Below are positions 34,983 through 45,561 of a DNA stretch of 64,000 bases, one piece after another. Position 1 is the stretch's first letter; each line of letters begins with the position of its first letter. The stretch lies in IMG/VR virus record IMGVR_UViG_3300045988_062257. The stretch is one strand, 5' to 3'. This DNA comes from a virus. A program made the position numbers and the translations under genes. The notes below the pieces were generated by a model. It had not been told where the DNA came from and searched no databases. It saw only the letters and a list, made by a program, of their open reading frames with translations.

Positions 34983-36389
34983 TTGGCGGATAATGCTCAA
35001 GTTATTTGGGATTATCTCAAATCAAAAGGATTAAGTAACTGCGGCGCCGCAGGTCTAATGGGGAATCTATTCGCGGAAAGTGGACTTATTCCAACTAACT
35101 TATAGAACTCATATGAGAGCAAGTTAGGAATGAACGATGCCTCGTATACTGCGGCTGTTGATAATGGCTCCTATACCAATTTCATGCATGATTCTGCAGG
35201 ATATGGTTTAGCTCAATGGACATATTGGAGCCGCAAGCAAGGTCTGTTTTAGCTGTGCAAAAGTCGAGGAAAGTCTATTGGTGACTTGAACACTCAACTA
35301 GATTTTTTATATCAGGAACTAACTACAAGTTATTCCTAGCTATTAAAAATCTTGAAGACTACCTCATCTGTTGAAGAAGCATCTAATTTAGTGGTCACTC
35401 AATTTGAAAGACCGGCAGACCAAAGCTTTGATACACTAAAACAACGTGCTTTGTATAGTCAACGTTACTTCAATACTTATTCAACGCAAAAGGAGGAAAT
35501 GGCTAAGATGAAATATTCAAACGCCAATCAACCATTGGTTTGCATGATGACTAATAGTACCTGTTATAAGCAAACCCGTAAGATGGATATTAAAGGTGTA
35601 CTCTGGCATAGTACAGGCGCAAATAATAAAACTATTAAACGCTATGTCCAACCATCTGAGAGTGATAAAAATTATCAATCTCTGATTGCTAAAATTGGTA
35701 AAAATACCAGTAGAACCGATTGGAATCATAGCTCGTAGCAAGCTGGTGTAAACGCTTGGATTGGTACTCTTGCTGATGGAAGCGTAGCCGCGGTACAAAC
35801 GTTGCCTTGGAATTATAGACCTTGGGGCTGCGGCTCAGGTCCTAAAGGTAGTTGTAATACCGGATGGATTCAATTTGAAATTTGCGAAGACAATCTAAGT
35901 GATCCTAACTACTTCGCTAAAGTCTACAAAGAAGCTTGTGAATTGACAGCTTATTTATGTAAAACATATAATATCAATCCAAATGGTTTTGTAAATGTAA
36001 ATGGCGTAACCGTCCCAACTATTCTCTGCCATCAAGATAGTTATCAGCTGGGCCTCGGCAGTAATCATGCCGATGTATACCACTGGTTCAAGAAATATGG
36101 CAAAGATATGGCAACTGTCCGCAAAGATGTTGCTGCTTTAATGCAGTCTAAAGTTATCGAGGAGGATGATGAAGACATGACTCAAGAGAAATTCAACGAA
36201 ATGATGAATGTATATTTAAGCCAGCTCGCTGCTCAACCAGTTACTTGGGAACAAGATGCGATGACTTGGGCACAAGCTAATGGCTTAATCAATGGCAATG
36301 AAAAAGGCCAATTAATGCCAAAGCGTTTTATGACTCGCGGCGAATTTGCAGCCGTTCTAAAACGTTATGCTGAAAAGAGTGGTCAATAA
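34983..36389 (+). CDS. Endolysin: phage tail-lysozyme-like N-terminal domain plus amidase-like C-terminal domain; four in-frame TAG
   Basis: RBS GGAGGTGAGG then TTG 34983. GLMGNLFAESGLIPTNL*NSYE...GYGLAQWTYWSRKQGLF*LC matches the phage lysozyme-like family motif. Two further TAGs join ORFs 35352-35738 and 35802-36389 (same frame, offset 450 nt). Confidence 0.6.
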
Positions 36390-36712
36390 TGACTCGTCAA
36401 ACAAGAGGAAAAAGAAGACACAATTAGAAGAGAGAATTTTCTAAACAACTTATTTGCGATATTCGCTCTTTATTGTGGATTGTAACTATCTCTGGTATTG
36501 CTCTTGCTTTCTATTGCGTACATCTTGGCTATTTAGGCACTCTTCCATGGATTAGTGCATTAGTAGGATTACCCTGGTCTGCGCATGGTATTGTTTGTTC
36601 TTTTTACTTAAATATGAGTAAATCTGATCACCGCAAGGGTGGAATTACCTATGATTTAGCTATGTGTGAACAACAATAGCAACAAATAATCGAGGATGAA
36701 GCAACCATCTAA
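36389..36712 (+). CDS. Holin-like two-TM membrane protein; two in-frame TAG
   Basis: ATG overlaps the lysin stop (TAATG). Basic N-terminus MTRQTRGKRRHN*KRE then two TM helices. ORF table shows only 36473-36679. Reading through the terminal TAG extends it 11 codons to TAA. Confidence 0.4.
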
Positions 36713-36716
36713 TATT

Positions 36717-36760
36717 AAAGGCTTAGTAGATTTAATAATCTACTAAGCCTTTTTCTTATT
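36717..36760 (+). terminator. Rho-independent terminator (AAAGGCTTAGTAGATT-taataa-TCTACTAAGCCTTT)
   Basis: Long stem followed by TTCTTATTT. The promoter motif follows. Confidence 0.55.
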
Positions 36761-36852
36761 TAAGCTTGATTTTTTATAAAATATATGGTATTATATATTC
36801 AGAAATAAAAAAGGAGAACTTAAAAATAAATGAAGTATTTGAGGTATAGCGA

Positions 36853-37356
36853 ATGATAGTGATATACACAGACGGCTCAACCTTAAAGAATGGCGCGAAA
36901 GACGCAAAAGGTGGTTTTGGAGTTGTAGTTTGCGAAGCGGAACCGCATCAAGATCCGTCAACCTATAAAGTTATCGCTGCATATTCTGAACGCGCAGATG
37001 GGACAACAAACAATAGAATGGAAATGTCTGCAATTTTGTGGGCATTAACTCATTATGGTGCAAAAGACGGCGATTTCTTTACTCCTATTGTTTATAGTGA
37101 TTCTATGTATTGTGTCAACAGTTTCACTAATTGGATTAAGAATTGGAAGGCGAATGGCTGGGTCCGTGCCGGCAATAAACCTTTAGAGAATAAGGACTTA
37201 ATTCTCGAATACGATAGATTAACAACTAAAGAAGGATTACGGGTTGATTTAAGATATGTAAAAGGACATAATGGAACGCTGTTTAATGAGCTTGCTGACC
37301 AATTAGCAACAGGCAAGATTACAGGACAGCAAGTATTAGATATGTATGGAGGTTAA
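36853..37356 (+). CDS. rnhA: Ribonuclease H
   Basis: RNase HI signatures IYTDGS, TNNRMEM, YSDS, KGHNG. Confidence 0.6.
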   Translation: MIVIYTDGSTLKNGAKDAKGGFGVVVCEAEPHQDPSTYKVIAAYSERADGTTNNRMEMSAILWALTHYGAKDGDFFTPIVYSDSMYCVNSFTNWIKNWKANGWVRAGNKPLENKDLILEYDRLTTKEGLRVDLRYVKGHNGTLFNELADQLATGKITGQQVLDMYGG

Positions 37357-37358
37357 AT

Positions 37359-39257
37359 ATGGGAAAACTATATGACGAGAAATCAATCGAGTCACTTTCT
37401 CCATTAGAGTTTACAAGACTGCGGCCGGGCGTTTACGTCGGTAGTACTGAGTATTCTACTCAGCTATTGATTGAAATTGTATCTAACGCGGTCGATGAAT
37501 TTAAAGCAGGCCATGGTAATAAGATTATTGTTACCATTAAGAATGATAATACGATTATCGTAGAAGATAATGGTCAGGGATTTATTCCTAATGCTAAACG
37601 CGACGATGGTAAGACTGTACTTGAAGCATCCTTTAGCGTGTTGAATACTTCTGGTAAGTATTCTGACGATGGCGTTTATGAGGGTACGGCTCTTGGCTTG
37701 AATGGTATTGGTAGTAAGTTGACCACTTATCTGTCTCATTGGCTTGAGGTAATTACTCATCGAGATGGTAAGTACGAGCATATCTGGTTTAAGGAAGGTG
37801 TCTTTGATAAACGAGATACTGGCACATGGGATAACAAGAATAGTCCCTCTGGCACTTTGGTTCAGTGGCAGCCTAATGAAGAGTTCTTCACACATCCAGA
37901 GGTAGATATGCCTGTCATTACCAATCTTTTTAAGGTAATTGCGTGCTTGTGCCCAGGCCTGACTATCGAGTTGAATAGAGAAGGACAACCGCAGGTTATC
38001 TTCGCTTCTAAGAATGGTCTTATGGACTTAGTAGATGAAGCAGTTAAAGGTAAGGAAATCTTGAAGAACCGCTTAAACTTCAATTTTTCTGATGGCAAGA
38101 ACAAGTTGGATTTAGTTCTGACCTATACAAATGCTTATTCTGCAACCATTGTTCCTTATGTAAATACCGGTCTTACAGATTCAGGTCCGCATATTACGCA
38201 AATTAAAACCATCCTCACGAGAGAGATGAATAAGTTCTTCCGTGAAAAAGGGTGGCTAAAAGATAAGGACGAAAATCTCACCGGTGAAGATTGTCAGGAA
38301 GGTATGTATATTGCCTTCAATGTGACCGCTCCTGGTGTTGCATATGACGCTCAGACTAAAAGCAGAGTAGTTAAACTCGATATGAAGCCCTTTACCGCGG
38401 CAATTGCAGAGGAACTTCAATACTGGTTTGCTGCAAACGAGAAAGATATTAAGGGAATCGCAGATAAGGCACTTAATGCCCGTAAAGCGAGAGAAGCTGC
38501 TCGTAAGGCAAGAGACGCGGCTCGTGGAGTAAAAGCGAAAAAGGAAACTGGCCTTAAGGCAAAAATGCAAATCAGTAACAAGTTTATTGATTGCACGAAT
38601 AAGAATCCTAAAAACCGTAATCTTCTTCTCGTAGAGGGCTTGTCAGCAGGCGCGTCTGCGGTGGAGGCCCGCAATCCTAAAACAGACTGCATTTATATGT
38701 TACGAGGAAAAATTGTCTCTCCGCTAAAAACTGCGGTAGACAAGATTCTTGCGAATCAAGAGATGTCAGATATTGTGCGTGTAATTGGCGCTGGATTTGA
38801 TTCTTCTTTTGATGTCAACAAGATGAATTTTGACAAGATTGTCATTACTTCCGATGCAGATAGTGATGGCGCGGACATTGAGCTTCTGCTTATCACTTTC
38901 TTCTATACCTATATGCGGCCTCTTGTGGAAGCTGGTAAGTTATACAGAGCTGTAACTCCGTTGTATATTATTCGTCAAAAGGGAAAAGAGTATTATTGCT
39001 ATTCTGAAGATGAATTAACAGAGTGGAAGAACAGCCATAGTGGTTCGTATGACTTACTGCGTGCTAAGGGTCTTGGTGAGTTAAACCCCGAAGATCTGCA
39101 GAAGGTTTGTTTTATGAATGAGAGATATAAGCGTATCTCTATCTCTGACGCAGAGAAAACCACAGAATTACTCAATATTCTGATGGGTAGTGCAGTTGAA
39201 CCTCGCAAGCAGTATATCTACGATAATGCTAACGAACTCGGTTTCAATTTTGAGTAA
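37359..39257 (+). CDS. Type II DNA topoisomerase, ATPase/Toprim subunit (GyrB / T4 gp39-gp60-like)
   Basis: GHKL ATPase motifs (EIVSNAVDE, NGQGF, GLNGIGSK), Toprim EGLSAGAS, DADSDG. Confidence 0.65.
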   Translation: MGKLYDEKSIESLSPLEFTRLRPGVYVGSTEYSTQLLIEIVSNAVDEFKAGHGNKIIVTIKNDNTIIVEDNGQGFIPNAKRDDGKTVLEASFSVLNTSGKYSDDGVYEGTALGLNGIGSKLTTYLSHWLEVITHRDGKYEHIWFKEGVFDKRDTGTWDNKNSPSGTLVQWQPNEEFFTHPEVDMPVITNLFKVIACLCPGLTIELNREGQPQVIFASKNGLMDLVDEAVKGKEILKNRLNFNFSDGKNKLDLVLTYTNAYSATIVPYVNTGLTDSGPHITQIKTILTREMNKFFREKGWLKDKDENLTGEDCQEGMYIAFNVTAPGVAYDAQTKSRVVKLDMKPFTAAIAEELQYWFAANEKDIKGIADKALNARKAREAARKARDAARGVKAKKETGLKAKMQISNKFIDCTNKNPKNRNLLLVEGLSAGASAVEARNPKTDCIYMLRGKIVSPLKTAVDKILANQEMSDIVRVIGAGFDSSFDVNKMNFDKIVITSDADSDGADIELLLITFFYTYMRPLVEAGKLYRAVTPLYIIRQKGKEYYCYSEDELTEWKNSHSGSYDLLRAKGLGELNPEDLQKVCFMNERYKRISISDAEKTTELLNILMGSAVEPRKQYIYDNANELGFNFE

Positions 39258-39271
39258 TAAGGAGTGATTTT

Positions 39272-41635
39272 ATGAGTTTGATTACAGAAGTTGATATTCT
39301 TGATGAAGCTAAAGATAACTTTCTAACTTATGCAGAAGAAGTTCTAACCGATCGTGCAATTCCTGCCGCGGAAGATGGTCTCCTTAGTGCTCAGCGAAAA
39401 ATTCTTTGGACTATGGAAAGTTATCTAAAGATGGATAACAAGAGCAAGACTAAAAAGTGTAATGCCATTATTGGTTCTACTCTGGCAACCTCTTACTTCC
39501 ATGGTGATATTGCCTGCTATGGTGTTCTGCGGAAGATGGCACAGGAGTTCCTCATGCGCTATCCTCTTGTGACTGGACAGGGACAGTTGGGCACGCAGGA
39601 AAATAATGATATGTTCTCGTCTTCCCGTTATACTGAGGCTAAGCCTTCTAAGTTTACCGATTTGATGATGAATGACTTTAGTAAGAATGTCGTTCCTACT
39701 AAAGAGACTTATAATGGTGAGTTCCAGGAACCTATCATTCTTCCTTCACTATTCCCTAACGCAATCTGCAACGGTCGTCAGGCAATTGGCATTTCTATGG
39801 CACATAACTCTGCTCCGCATAATCTGACAGAGGTATGCAATGCTGCTATTGCTTTGATTGAAAAGGGTGACCTAACTATTGATGAAGTGCTATCTTACAT
39901 CCCTGGTCCAGACTTTCCTCTCGGCGGTACAGTTCTTAATATTAAAGATGTGCGGGCGGCTTTTGCGTCCGGTAAGTCTAACGTCTCTCTAAAAATCCAG
40001 GGTGATTATGAGATTGATGGGCAAGACATTATTTTTACCAGTATCCCTTATCGCACCTACCGCAATAAGATTAAGGAACAGATTGAGAAGAATATAGATG
40101 TTTTGAGTGAGTTGATTGATGACTTCGACGATGAGTCTAATATCGGCCAGAATAAGCTGGTATTCCATGTAAAAGATGGAGTATCTGTATCTAAAGCATT
40201 GAATAAATTATTCTTGCTGACAGATTTACAGTCCACTTTATCCTATAACATGAATTATATCGTCAATGGCACTCCTAAGCTATGCTCTATGGTTGACTTA
40301 CTTCATGCTTATATCAACCATCAAGAAGATGTTCTTGTCAATGCCACAACTTTTGATAAAGAGAAAGCCGAAGCAAGAGCGCATATCCTTGAGGGTCTGA
40401 TTGCCGCAGTTGATAAGATTGATGAAGTAATTGCATTGATTAAGCAGTCCGCAGGACGGACTGATGCGAGAACTAAGTTAATAGATTTCCTCTCTGTTGA
40501 CGAGGTGCAAGCAAATGCAATTCTCGATATGAAGCTCGGTAAATTAACTCGTATTGATAAAGAAGAATTAGTCAATGAGTTAAAAGAAAAGAAAGAGTTT
40601 ATTGCTAAGTGTATTGAAATCCTAACTGATAAAGAAGTAAGAAATAAAGTCTTAATCTCTAAGATTACTCAGCTAAGAGACACTTATGGCGATGCTCGCA
40701 GAACTAAGCTACTTAATACAGACATTCCTAAGCAAGAGAAAGAAGTAGTCGTTGTTGAGCCGAAAGATTGTGTAGTTGTAGTGACTAAAAAGAATACTAT
40801 TAAGCGTATTGATGCTAAGAACTTCAAAGCTCAAAAGCGTAATACTACTGGTATTAAAACCGGTGATATTGTTCTCTTCTCGCAAAAAACTAATACACAA
40901 GATACCTTGATGGTATTCTCCTCTAAGGGCAAGATGTATCGTGTATTAGTGGATAATATTCCAGAAGGTACAAATGCGTCTAACGGAACGCCTATCTCCA
41001 CCCTAATTGAGTTTGAGAATGGCGAGAAACCTATGGCATTTACAACAATGACCAGAGATACAGATAAGAAGTTTATCTTCTTTGCCACGAAGAATGGTAC
41101 TATCAAGAAGGTTCCTCTTGATGAATATGATAAGATGAAGCGTACGGGTATTATCGCTATCAGTTTTAAAGATGGCGATGAACTTGCAGATGTTACATTT
41201 ATCAATCAAGAGCAAATGTTATTGGTAACAAAGAATGGTATGGCTATTCGATTTGGAACCGCAGAAATGCCTATCTCTTCTCGCACAGCGCAAGGTGTCA
41301 AGGGCATGAAACTAAATGATGGCGACAGTGTAATCGCGGCATTGCCGATCGTGGATCCCGCAGATTATCTCGCTATTGTTTCCAAGAATGGCTTAGGTAA
41401 GAAAATGCAGATTGATGGACTTACTTTGCAGAACCGTGGAGGCAAGGGATTACTCTGCTATAAGGAAGAAATCGCCGGAGCGGAGATTATCAAAGAAAAT
41501 GATAATCTCCTTATCAATGGTGACAAGTCTTCTATCGTTATTAGCGGTAAAGACATTCCCACTCTTGGTCGAATTTCCATGGGCAATATCATGCTGAAGA
41601 ACAACGAACAAGTGATTTCTATTACGCAAGTATAA
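39272..41635 (+). CDS. Type II DNA topoisomerase, DNA-cleavage subunit (GyrA / T4 gp52-like)
   Basis: Breakage-reunion region with catalytic Tyr context (SSRYTEAK) and GyrA-like C-terminal repeats. Confidence 0.6.
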   Translation: MSLITEVDILDEAKDNFLTYAEEVLTDRAIPAAEDGLLSAQRKILWTMESYLKMDNKSKTKKCNAIIGSTLATSYFHGDIACYGVLRKMAQEFLMRYPLVTGQGQLGTQENNDMFSSSRYTEAKPSKFTDLMMNDFSKNVVPTKETYNGEFQEPIILPSLFPNAICNGRQAIGISMAHNSAPHNLTEVCNAAIALIEKGDLTIDEVLSYIPGPDFPLGGTVLNIKDVRAAFASGKSNVSLKIQGDYEIDGQDIIFTSIPYRTYRNKIKEQIEKNIDVLSELIDDFDDESNIGQNKLVFHVKDGVSVSKALNKLFLLTDLQSTLSYNMNYIVNGTPKLCSMVDLLHAYINHQEDVLVNATTFDKEKAEARAHILEGLIAAVDKIDEVIALIKQSAGRTDARTKLIDFLSVDEVQANAILDMKLGKLTRIDKEELVNELKEKKEFIAKCIEILTDKEVRNKVLISKITQLRDTYGDARRTKLLNTDIPKQEKEVVVVEPKDCVVVVTKKNTIKRIDAKNFKAQKRNTTGIKTGDIVLFSQKTNTQDTLMVFSSKGKMYRVLVDNIPEGTNASNGTPISTLIEFENGEKPMAFTTMTRDTDKKFIFFATKNGTIKKVPLDEYDKMKRTGIIAISFKDGDELADVTFINQEQMLLVTKNGMAIRFGTAEMPISSRTAQGVKGMKLNDGDSVIAALPIVDPADYLAIVSKNGLGKKMQIDGLTLQNRGGKGLLCYKEEIAGAEIIKENDNLLINGDKSSIVISGKDIPTLGRISMGNIMLKNNEQVISITQV

Positions 41636-41670
41636 GAGAAAGAATGGGTACACCCATTCTTTCTCTTAGT
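41636..41670 (+). terminator. Rho-independent terminator (AGAGAAAGAATGGGT-ac-ACCCATTCTTTCTCT)
   Basis: 15-bp palindrome followed by T-rich sequence. Confidence 0.55.
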
Positions 41671-41727
41671 TGACTTTTCTTTTTAATTATTATAATATAT
41701 TTATATAAAGAAAGGGAATAACAATAA

Positions 41728-42876
41728 ATGAGTTTTGATAAAGATAAGATACATGAGTTGTATCCTGAAGCAGAAAATTTAATGATTGAGCCAATGCTCA
41801 TTTGGAAGTTACCAGCGGGAAAAGAATCTATGCTCTCTGAAGTATGCTCTAATGGGGAATATTTTCTTGAAGAGAAGATTGACGGAGCATTTTATCAGTT
41901 TGTAAAAACTGAAAATCATTCTTATCTTTTTGGTCGCACAGTAAGTAAACTATCTGGTATCCTTACAGAAAAAAGTGACAATGTACCTCACTTAAAAGAG
42001 GCGTTGAACTGCCTTCCCGCAGGAACAATTCTCATTGGAGAAATTTATGTTCCAGGTGGTACATCGAAAGATACTGTAAGTATTATGGGATGTTTACCTG
42101 CTCTTGCTATCAAGAGACAAGAGAAAGAACCAATTCATTATTATGTGCATGATATTATTGCATATGATACAGTCAATCTTATTGACTCACCCGCAGATTT
42201 GCGCTATAAAATTCTTGCGGCAATCTGGAAGAAACATGATCTTAACCAATACAGTTTCTTGAGACTTGCTACTCGTGTTGACGAAGATATGGAAGCTGAA
42301 ATCTCCCGTATCTTGAAATCTGGTGGCGAAGGTGCAGTTCTAAAGAAGAAAGACTATCCATATACCCCTGGTAAAAGACCCGCCTGGTCTACTATTAAAG
42401 TTAAACAGATGGATTCTATTGATTTAATTTGTACTGGTTTTTGCGATGCTACAAAGGAGTATACCGGTAAGGAATTGGCCACTTGGGAATATTGGGAAGA
42501 GCGCGGTGAGCGAAGTCAAGATGGTGAATATACTTGGCTATTAAGTGAAGGTCAATATTATGAAGATTATTTTCATAATCCTCATATTTACAGACCCGTA
42601 ACTAAGCCTTATTTTCTTGGCTGGAAAACCGCAATTAGGATTGGTGCGTACAATGATAATGGGGAACTTGTTGACTTAGGTACAGTTAGTTCTGGATTAA
42701 CTGACGATAATAAGAGAGAGATGACTGAGAATCCCGATTTGTGGCTTGGTCATGTTATTGCTCTTGATTGTATGCAAATTGATAAGAAAGAGCATACTTT
42801 GCGACATCCTGTCTTCAAGTGTAAAAGAGACGATAAGGATGCAAAAGATTGCGTAATATCAGAAATTTTTTGTTGA
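41728..42876 (+). CDS. ATP-dependent polynucleotide ligase (KxDG nucleotidyltransferase; DNA ligase-like)
   Basis: Motif I EEKIDGAF plus downstream ligase-like motifs (EGAVLKK). Confidence 0.5.
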   Translation: MSFDKDKIHELYPEAENLMIEPMLIWKLPAGKESMLSEVCSNGEYFLEEKIDGAFYQFVKTENHSYLFGRTVSKLSGILTEKSDNVPHLKEALNCLPAGTILIGEIYVPGGTSKDTVSIMGCLPALAIKRQEKEPIHYYVHDIIAYDTVNLIDSPADLRYKILAAIWKKHDLNQYSFLRLATRVDEDMEAEISRILKSGGEGAVLKKKDYPYTPGKRPAWSTIKVKQMDSIDLICTGFCDATKEYTGKELATWEYWEERGERSQDGEYTWLLSEGQYYEDYFHNPHIYRPVTKPYFLGWKTAIRIGAYNDNGELVDLGTVSSGLTDDNKREMTENPDLWLGHVIALDCMQIDKKEHTLRHPVFKCKRDDKDAKDCVISEIFC

Positions 42877-42943
42877 CTTAAAAAATATTTTCTGATATAA
42901 TATATATGTAATTCAGAAAAGCAATAGTAAAAGGACAGATTGT

Positions 42944-43144
42944 ATGACCCGTAAACAGATGAAGCGGTTCGCAGATGAAATCTACAAATGTGAGCTTATT
43001 CACCAAGATGAAAATTCCTCAAAAGAGGAAAAAGCCCATGCAGAAGACCGAATTATGCAGTTAACTAACTAGATTATGGCTCTTCCTGATGGGATAAATG
43101 CTTTACTGGAAATTGATGCTTTAATTGCATCGAAAATTAAATAA
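42944..43144 (+). CDS. Hypothetical small protein, one in-frame TAG
   Basis: RBS AAAAGGACAG before ATG. TAG at codon 42 then continues to TAA. Confidence 0.3.
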
Positions 43145-43168
43145 TACATTTTAGAGGAGATTATTACA

Positions 43169-43432
43169 ATGGCTATGAAGGAAAATACTCGTAAGGTTTT
43201 TGATTATCTAAAGGACAATACTGACAAGGATTTAACTGCCGCTGATGTGGCTGAAGCTCTTGGTCTTGAGAAGCGCCAGGTTGATGGTATTTTTACCTCT
43301 GCTCTGCAGCGTAAGGACTATGGTACGCGTGAGCCCGCTGAGGTTGAGCTTGCCGATGGCTCCCATCAGAAAGTTAAGTATCTTCGCTTGACTGACAAGG
43401 GCTTGGCTTTCGATCCTGATGCTCAGGAGTAA
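43169..43432 (+). CDS. Hypothetical protein
   Basis: RBS AGAGGAG. Confidence 0.4.
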   Translation: MAMKENTRKVFDYLKDNTDKDLTAADVAEALGLEKRQVDGIFTSALQRKDYGTREPAEVELADGSHQKVKYLRLTDKGLAFDPDAQE

Positions 43433-43439
43433 TAAATTA

Positions 43440-43478
43440 GATCGGTAAGAGGATATACCTCTTACCGATTTCTTTTAC
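43440..43478 (+). terminator. Rho-independent terminator (AATCGGTAAGAGG-atata-CCTCTTACCGATT plus T-rich)
   Basis: 13-bp stem and TCTTTTAC. Confidence 0.6.
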
Positions 43479-43480
43479 TT

Positions 43481-44398
43481 ATGATTTATTATATATTATC
43501 AGGCTTGGTTATTCTTGCGTTAATAGGATATGTTTTATATCTCCGCAATAATCGGCTTTAGGTAGTATTGATAAATAAAGAAAGACAAGAAGAAAATAAA
43601 CGTATTGAACAAGATATTGCATTGAAATAGAGAGAATTAGCAAAAGTAAAAGAAGATATTGTATCACATAATGAAATTGTCAATTCTTTAAACGATACTG
43701 CGAATAAGTTGCGGGAAAGCGCTGAATAGCGAGCAGAAGAGAGCGCTAAAGCTCAATTTGAAAAGAAAAGTAAAGAGCTTGATGAAACATATCAAGCTAA
43801 AGAAAAATATCATTTAGCAGAACTTCAATAGATAACTAATCAAATTTCACATTAGCAAGATAAACTCCATGAATTGGAAGCTAAATAGTTATCTTATATC
43901 TAGGCTCAATAGCGCCAAGAAGCGATTGCCGCAGATTAGGATTACTACCGTCTTGCTATTGATGAATTTAGTTTGAATGATATTACTTTATTACGTGATT
44001 TGCAAATTCACTTTGTGAAAAAGGAAATCATTGATAAAGTAATATGGGAGACCTATTATCGTCCTGCGTATGATATTCTTATGACGCATCTATTTGCCAC
44101 TAATAAAGGTAAAGTATGCGGTATCTATAAGATTACCGATCTAATAACTGGTTAGGCTTATATTGGTTAGTCTGTTGATATTAAAGAGCGTTTTAGACAG
44201 CACATTAAAACCTCTTTAGCATACGGACCTGCGACTAATAAGTTATATTAGGCGATGCAAAAATCTGGTCAATATAATTTTATATTTGAGATTTTGGAAG
44301 AAGTGCCTAGAGATTAGTTAAATGAACGAGAGACTTATTGGATTGAGTTCTATAAGACTAAAGAACTAGGTATGAATGGAACTCGTGGAGGTTCATAA
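43481..44398 (+). CDS. TM helix plus Gln-rich coiled coil plus GIY-YIG nuclease domain; 16 in-frame TAG
   Basis: With TAG read as Gln: N-terminal TM (IYYILSGLVILALIGYVLYL), coiled coil AELQQITNQISHQQDKLHELEAKQ, C-terminal GIYKITDLITGQAYIGQSVDIKERFRQH...YWIEFYKTKELGMN. The ORF table captures only 43973-44155. Confidence 0.5.
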
Positions 44399-44709
44399 TG
44401 TTTAAAGTGATTGCGAGTCGTGGCGCAGGCAAGACAACCAGCTTAATGCGCTATGCAAATGATTTAGCAGATAAATATCCTGATAAGATGGTGCTCTTTG
44501 TTACTCAACATCCTCAACTGATGGTTAAAAAGTTCTTAGAGTTAACAAAAAAGCGTAATCTACCGCAGAATTTAGGATTTATTAGCTATGGATATTTTCT
44601 AACAAAAGCGAGAGGTATGAAATGTATTGCTGTTATTGATGAACTAGATTGCTGGCTCGATCAATTCAACATTGTAGGATACACAAATACTGTGGGAGAC
44701 GATAACTGA
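44398..44709 (+). CDS. Small P-loop protein
   Basis: Walker A-like RGAGKTTS. Confidence 0.35.
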   Translation: MFKVIASRGAGKTTSLMRYANDLADKYPDKMVLFVTQHPQLMVKKFLELTKKRNLPQNLGFISYGYFLTKARGMKCIAVIDELDCWLDQFNIVGYTNTVGDDN

Positions 44710-45561
44710 ATGAATAAAGCAGACAATTATATGGTTGAAACAATCAACCTTATTCTTGACAATGGATATAAGGACATTAATCCAAGACCACATTACGCCG
44801 ATGGCACTCCCGCGCATACACTCTCTGTAAATCATAATTTCCGTACTTATGATTTGTCTAAAGGAGAGTTTCCTATCTGCACCCTACGGCCAATGGCTTG
44901 GAAAACTGGTATCAAGGAAATCTTCACTATCTATCAAAAGCCCACAAATGAGATTGCTAAGATGGAAGAAATGGGAGTTAATTGGTGGGGCGACTGGGAT
45001 ATTGGTGATGGCACGATTGGTCAACGTTATGGAGCAACAGTAAGTCGATATGATTTAATCAATAACTTGATTAAGGATATTGAGAATGACCCATATGGTC
45101 GCCGCAAGGTAGTTTCTTTATGGCAGGAAGCTGATCTTCGTGAAACTGCGGGATTGGCACCTTGCGCGTTTCTAACCATCTGGAATGTTCGTGGAGAATA
45201 TCTTGATATGATGCTGGTTCAGCGTAGCGGCGATATGCTTACTGCTTCTGGTCCCGGTGGTATCAATGAAATCCAGTATGCAGCGCTCTTGATGATGATT
45301 GCTCGTCATACTGGTTATAAACCTGGAGTATTTAGTCATGTAGTGGCTAATGAACAGATTTATGACCGTCATATGGATGCTGCACATGAAATGATTTCAA
45401 GATTTTTCAATAGTATGTTCTTTGGCGATGATGCTTGCAAGAATCCTGTATTGCATCTAAATCCTGAGAAAACTAATTTCTATGACATGACCATTGATGA
45501 CTTTACGATGGAGAATTACTCTCCCATGAAGCCGCAGTTAAAGTTGGAGTTGGGTATATGA
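44710..45561 (+). CDS. thyA: Thymidylate synthase
   Basis: Conserved ThyA segments RRKVVSLWQEADL, LAPCAFLTIWNV (catalytic Cys), LVQRSGDM. Confidence 0.7.
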   Translation: MNKADNYMVETINLILDNGYKDINPRPHYADGTPAHTLSVNHNFRTYDLSKGEFPICTLRPMAWKTGIKEIFTIYQKPTNEIAKMEEMGVNWWGDWDIGDGTIGQRYGATVSRYDLINNLIKDIENDPYGRRKVVSLWQEADLRETAGLAPCAFLTIWNVRGEYLDMMLVQRSGDMLTASGPGGINEIQYAALLMMIARHTGYKPGVFSHVVANEQIYDRHMDAAHEMISRFFNSMFFGDDACKNPVLHLNPEKTNFYDMTIDDFTMENYSPMKPQLKLELGI

